Of a DNA stretch of 32,000 nucleotides, positions 28,107 to 32,000 are shown piece by piece. Both the position numbers and the translations under genes were made by a program. This stretch comes from Fastidiosibacter lacustris (GTDB lineage Bacteria; Pseudomonadota; Gammaproteobacteria; Francisellales; Francisellaceae). Under the pieces are notes generated by a model. It was not told where the DNA came from and ran no database searches. It was given only the letters and a program-made list of their open reading frames with translations. Within the stretch, counting starts at the first letter, position 1; every line of letters begins with the position of its first letter. The stretch covers positions 17,917 through 49,916 of the forward strand of contig NZ_QLIR01000013.1 in the NCBI RefSeq assembly GCF_003428155.1. Direction: 5' to 3'.

Positions 28107-29509
28107 ATTAAATGCTCAATTAATTTAGCAATGTCACCAGCACCTTGCACCAGTATAACATCATTTTCTGTTATGAGTTGGTCAAGCTTAACTTTTGCTT
28201 CCTCAATGCTTTCAACGTAAAAGCATTGTTTATGCTTCTTGCAAAGGGCATTAAATAAATCATGCGCTCCAGCACCTTCAATAGTAGCTTCACTTGCCGC
28301 ATAGGTGCTCATCAAGATAACAATATCTGCTGTAGCTAAGCAGTCAATAAAATCATCAAATAAATCACGAGTACGAGTGTAGCGATGTGGTTGATATACA
28401 TGAACTAATCGTCTGTTAGGAAAACGTTTCTCAATAGCTTCAAGTGTGCTATTAATCTCAACTGGATGATGTCCATAATCATCAATAATATCGACTTGTT
28501 TATGGTTTAAAGTGTGTTCATAATGGTCAAAACGACGATAGATGCCTGTAAAACTTGTAAGTGCTTTTTTTATGATTCCAAGGCTAATATTAAGCTTTAA
28601 GCATAGAGCAATCGCTGCAAGTGCATTTTCAACATTGTGTTTCCCTGGAAGTCGTAAACGAAAATCTTGAATCAATTGACCTTGATAACAGATATCAAAA
28701 ATGGTTTGTTGGTTAAGTTGCCGATAATTTAAAGCATAAATATCCATGTTTGGATTAAAGCCATAATGGCGCACTTGCGGCTTTATAAATGAGATTTTGT
28801 TGATTAGACGCTTAGCATTTTCAGTATCGCTACCTATAAGGATCTCACCACTTATGGTGTCACGTGTCGCAAATTGTGCAAAGCTATTGATGAGTTCATC
28901 TATTTTATGATCATAGGTTTGCATGTGATCTAAATCAACATTACTGATAATCAAATGTTTGACATTGAGTTTAAGAAATGAAGCATCACTCTCATCTGCT
29001 TCTATGGTTACAAAGGGTGAATTGCTAGCGTACGCATGATATTTAAGATTATGAGCAATACCACCAATAAGATAACTTGGATTTAATTCAGCTTCCGACA
29101 TAATATGAGCAATTAAACTCGTGATTGTTGTTTTACCATGTGTTCCAGTGATAGCGATAATTTCTGAGTAGTTCTTTATTAGAAACGCTAAAAATTCAGC
29201 ACGATGATAAACTTTCATCCCTTTGGCAATTGCCTGTTGATATTCGGGATTATCTTTTGTCATTGCAGATGTATAAATAACTGCATCTGCATGAATAAGG
29301 TGATCAGCGTGATGCTCGATATGAATTTTTGCCCCTAATTGAATGAGCTTTTCTGTAATCTCTGAGGACTGAACATCTGAACCAGATACGCTATAACCTT
29401 TTTGTAAGCAAAAAATTGCCAAAGCCGACATACCAATGCCGCCAATGCCAATGAAATGGTAATGTGGTTTTATATGGGAGGTATTTATAATATTCATGAT
29501 CGTAGTCAA
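28103..29509 (-). CDS. murC: UDP-N-acetylmuramate--L-alanine ligase
   Basis: 468 aa; HFIGIGGIGMSALAIFCLQKGYSVSGSD, ITGTHGKTTITSLI, TIEADESDASFLKL, PGKHNVENALAAIA, DDYGHHPVEI, HRYTRTRDLFDDF. Confidence 0.95.
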   Translation of the reverse strand: MTTIMNIINTSHIKPHYHFIGIGGIGMSALAIFCLQKGYSVSGSDVQSSEITEKLIQLGAKIHIEHHADHLIHADAVIYTSAMTKDNPEYQQAIAKGMKVYHRAEFLAFLIKNYSEIIAITGTHGKTTITSLIAHIMSEAELNPSYLIGGIAHNLKYHAYASNSPFVTIEADESDASFLKLNVKHLIISNVDLDHMQTYDHKIDELINSFAQFATRDTISGEILIGSDTENAKRLINKISFIKPQVRHYGFNPNMDIYALNYRQLNQQTIFDICYQGQLIQDFRLRLPGKHNVENALAAIALCLKLNISLGIIKKALTSFTGIYRRFDHYEHTLNHKQVDIIDDYGHHPVEINSTLEAIEKRFPNRRLVHVYQPHRYTRTRDLFDDFIDCLATADIVILMSTYAASEATIEGAGAHDLFNALCKKHKQCFYVESIEEAKVKLDQLITENDVILVQGAGDIAKLIEHLI

Positions 29510-29571
29510 TATTTAAAATTGACGACTATCTTAATATAAGTTTGATTAAAAAGATTGGGGAGATTTGGCGT

Positions 29572-30825
29572 TTATGATTGAATCTTGTTTTGATAGCGTT
29601 GTGCAAATAACACTGGTAGTAAAAAGCTAAAGATAAAGCCAGGACCAATATCTAATATCCAAGAGTTAACTAAACAACCAACCGCAAAAGCAATAATAAA
29701 TATGCGAGTGTTATTTCGCATCATAATTGGTAAATCTTTAGCGTAGTAAAATGCTGCTATTAACAACCAAACAAAAAGGGCTAATGCCCAAATGCCAGAT
29801 TGTATTGCAAAGTATATATATTGATTATGTGGGTTATTAATGACTTGATAGTATTTTTTATCTTCTTGTGAGATTTCAGAATTAATAAAGTGCATACTAC
29901 ATTGAGTTTGTTCGCCTGTTCCACATCCATAGAAAATACGCTGAGGTTTATGTTCAAAAATACCCAAGGCAGTGTGGTAAAAACCTAGACGGATTCCTGC
30001 TGATGTTTCAGTCTCAGTTCCATTGTAATAGTTGATTGTGCTGTTATAAGCTTCAGTAACACGCATTTTGAAGCTAGGTGAGAAATGGTAAAAAGCGATA
30101 AAAATACTAGGGACAATAACAATAGCAGCAAGTACTCCTTTCCAGCGAAACTTCATTAAAAAACCTATAGCAAGAACTGAGAATTCAATTAAATATCCAG
30201 TTCGACTTGTGTTAAGTCCAAGCTCCGCACAAATAATAATAACGCCAAGAATTATAAAAAAGATACGTTTCTTTTTATTTTGACAGGTCAAAGCCATTGA
30301 AAATAGCATAAAGGCGGCAACAGCAAAAATAAATCCTGTGACAAAGTGTGATTGTGCAGCAGGGAACGTGGCTCCACTAAAAACAATCGCATTTTCAGGA
30401 TTTAAAAAGTAATAGTTTATAAAGATAGCAACGACATTAAAAACAACACCGATAAAAAATGCTAATAGCAACTTATTGATTATCTGAGGGTTCTTATAAC
30501 AAACATAAGCCACTACCCAAACAATCAGTAATTTATAGAACTTCCCAACCCATGTTAACGCTTCAGTAAAAGGGATACTGGAATAAAAGCAGCTTATAAA
30601 GGCAAGCAAAATAAAAGTAAGTGAAGGCCAAATATAAAAACGTTTAATGAGTTTTAATTTTGAATTATAATCGCCACTTAAACTAAATGTAAGCAATAAA
30701 GCTACTGCAAATACACTGGTTAAAGCCGTGGATATGGAGATTGATATACCTAAAAAAAAGACCAAGGTAAAGTAAATTTTATCCGTTAGATTAGTGCGTG
30801 TAATCGTGTTACTATTAACTCGCAA
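29572..30825 (-). CDS. O-antigen ligase (WaaL/RfaL-like) family membrane protein
   Basis: 417 aa polytopic protein with the Wzy_C-type GxGTG.Q...hNxyi element: IFYGCGTGEQTQCSMHF...VINNPHNQYIYFAIQSGI. Confidence 0.85.
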   Translation of the reverse strand: MRVNSNTITRTNLTDKIYFTLVFFLGISISISTALTSVFAVALLLTFSLSGDYNSKLKLIKRFYIWPSLTFILLAFISCFYSSIPFTEALTWVGKFYKLLIVWVVAYVCYKNPQIINKLLLAFFIGVVFNVVAIFINYYFLNPENAIVFSGATFPAAQSHFVTGFIFAVAAFMLFSMALTCQNKKKRIFFIILGVIIICAELGLNTSRTGYLIEFSVLAIGFLMKFRWKGVLAAIVIVPSIFIAFYHFSPSFKMRVTEAYNSTINYYNGTETETSAGIRLGFYHTALGIFEHKPQRIFYGCGTGEQTQCSMHFINSEISQEDKKYYQVINNPHNQYIYFAIQSGIWALALFVWLLIAAFYYAKDLPIMMRNNTRIFIIAFAVGCLVNSWILDIGPGFIFSFLLPVLFAQRYQNKIQS

Positions 30826-30919
30826 GATTTATTCCTTGTTTGGCATAAAAACATAGGGGATTATATACTTAGAAAGCGTTATAATTACAGCCAAAACTCA
30901 CACAAATTTAATTTAGTAT

Positions 30920-31791
30920 ATGTTTTCTATTATCATCACAAGCTTTAACAGATTAGATTTGCTTAAACGTTCACTACATAGCGCATTACAACAAACATAT
31001 AATGAACCATATGAAATTATTATTGTTGATGATGCGTCAAATGAAGCATATGAGGATTATATTTAGTGCTTGATAGATAGGAGAATTCACTATATCCGCT
31101 ATTTAACTAACCAAGGTGTTTCTGCAGCAAGAAATACTGGTATAAAAGCTGCTAAAGGTGAGTATATTGCCTTTTTGGACGATGATGAATTACGTTCTTC
31201 GTATCTTAGCGAATGTGATTTGTATTTGCAAAAACATAGAAATCTTGATTTTTTATGGTGTGGAAAACAAAATAAACTCTATAAAGATGGTAATTTGTAT
31301 AAGATAGAGCAGTTTATTTATAAGTTACCCGAGAAACTTGGGTAATACGACGTCCCAATGCTTAATTATTGGTCGAATAACTTGGGGTTTATGGTTAAAA
31401 AAAGCTTATTTGAGCAGATTGGCTACTAGATATAGAGATGACTATAGCAGAAGATATTGACCTTTTACTTAGAATGCTCGGCGTTGGGGCTCAATATGCT
31501 CCAATAGAGAAAATTTTGATAGATGTATATATTGACACATCAATAGTGAGCTTGAGTAGGCAGTTTAGTGCCACAAAGGGAGTATTTAGTTATCAAAAGA
31601 TACTCACTAAAAACGCATCTTTTCTGAGGGAGAGTCGTCTTGCGTGGGAGCATTATGCTAAGTCACTTTTGTTTGCTTATTATCGGTTAAAGAATAAAAG
31701 TGCTGCGCGAACATTGTTTTGGCAAATGCTGTGTAGAAATCCTAGTATGCTTAAGTTAATACCACGTGTTTTGTGCTACGAGTTAAAGTGA
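30920..31791 (+). pseudogene. Decayed family 2 glycosyltransferase
   Basis: ATG 30920 gives MFSIIITSFNRLDLLKRSLHSALQQTYNEPYEIIIVDDASNEAYEDYI, TAG at 31064-31066, then in-frame RIHYIRYLTNQGVSAARNTGIKAAKGEYIAFLDDDE, TAA at 31343-31345, TAG at 31427-31429, then a frame change to MTIAEDIDLLLRML (31438..31791). Confidence 0.85.
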
Positions 31792-31916
31792 TGACAGTAA
31801 ATTTTTATAATGTATGATCCTAAGTTTTAACACCAGTGAACAAGGAGATAAGTTTTTATAAATAAATTTTAATTGTATTAGTCTAGATATAATCTGACAT
31901 TCATCTTGACTTAGAT

Positions 31917-31973
31917 GAGGTTGCCTGTTTTGATAAACGTGAAACAAAATAAATCAAAAACAGGAGCAACCTC
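31917..31973 (+). promoter_or_regulatory. Hairpin immediately upstream of an ORF start (ATG 31974, MLDTNNKFI..., runs off window), Shine-Dalgarno inside the stem
   Basis: Left arm GAGGTTGCCTGTTTTGA (31917-31933) pairs with right arm TCAAAAACAGGAGCAACCTC (31954-31973) apart from small bulges; AGGAG lies in the right arm and the arm abuts the ATG. Confidence 0.6.
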
Positions 31974-32000
31974 ATGTTGGATACTAATAATAAATTCATC

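Noticed and set aside
1-32000. CRISPR array, tRNA/rRNA, restriction-modification or recognised anti-phage defence locus
   Set aside because: No regularly spaced direct repeats, no tRNA cloverleaf or rRNA-like stretch noticed in intergenic regions, and no nuclease/methyltransferase defence signatures apart from the YafQ/DinJ pair. tRNAscan/Infernal and DefenseFinder would be needed to exclude them formally.

Overview
AT-rich 32 kb chromosomal window, probably gammaproteobacterial (fis-like gene, ftsK-lolA pair, lpxC, pilB N-terminus). Housekeeping genes recognisable from the protein sequences: pilB (partial), trpF, gltA, uvrB, a Fis-like regulator, ftsK, lolA, lpxC, htpX/lemA, a carboxylesterase, hemC, rsmI, murC and an O-antigen ligase. 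They are interrupted by accessory or decayed segments. The most notable ones are: (i) a compact five-gene block (dehydratase - GT2 - LpxL-like acyltransferase - thioesterase - LolA-like) that resembles the accessory half of an aryl-polyene (APE)/fatty-acid-like cluster, but has no adjacent ketosynthase, ketoreductase, ACP or MMPL exporter gene; (ii) a small tail-anchored protein with a ribosome-modulation-factor-like motif; (iii) a 5'-truncated lone F-type traG near a YafQ/DinJ toxin-antitoxin pair; (iv) a small ParB-like-fold protein translationally overlapping an Sfp-type phosphopantetheinyl transferase; (v) a decayed IS1-type transposase, a decayed GT2 glycosyltransferase beside the O-antigen ligase, and a hairpin at the window edge that would bury the Shine-Dalgarno of an ORF leaving the window. 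I did not find a CRISPR array, rRNA, tRNA or an obvious defence system. Nothing here can be called novel from sequence reading alone; the APE-like block and the RMF-like protein are the best leads.
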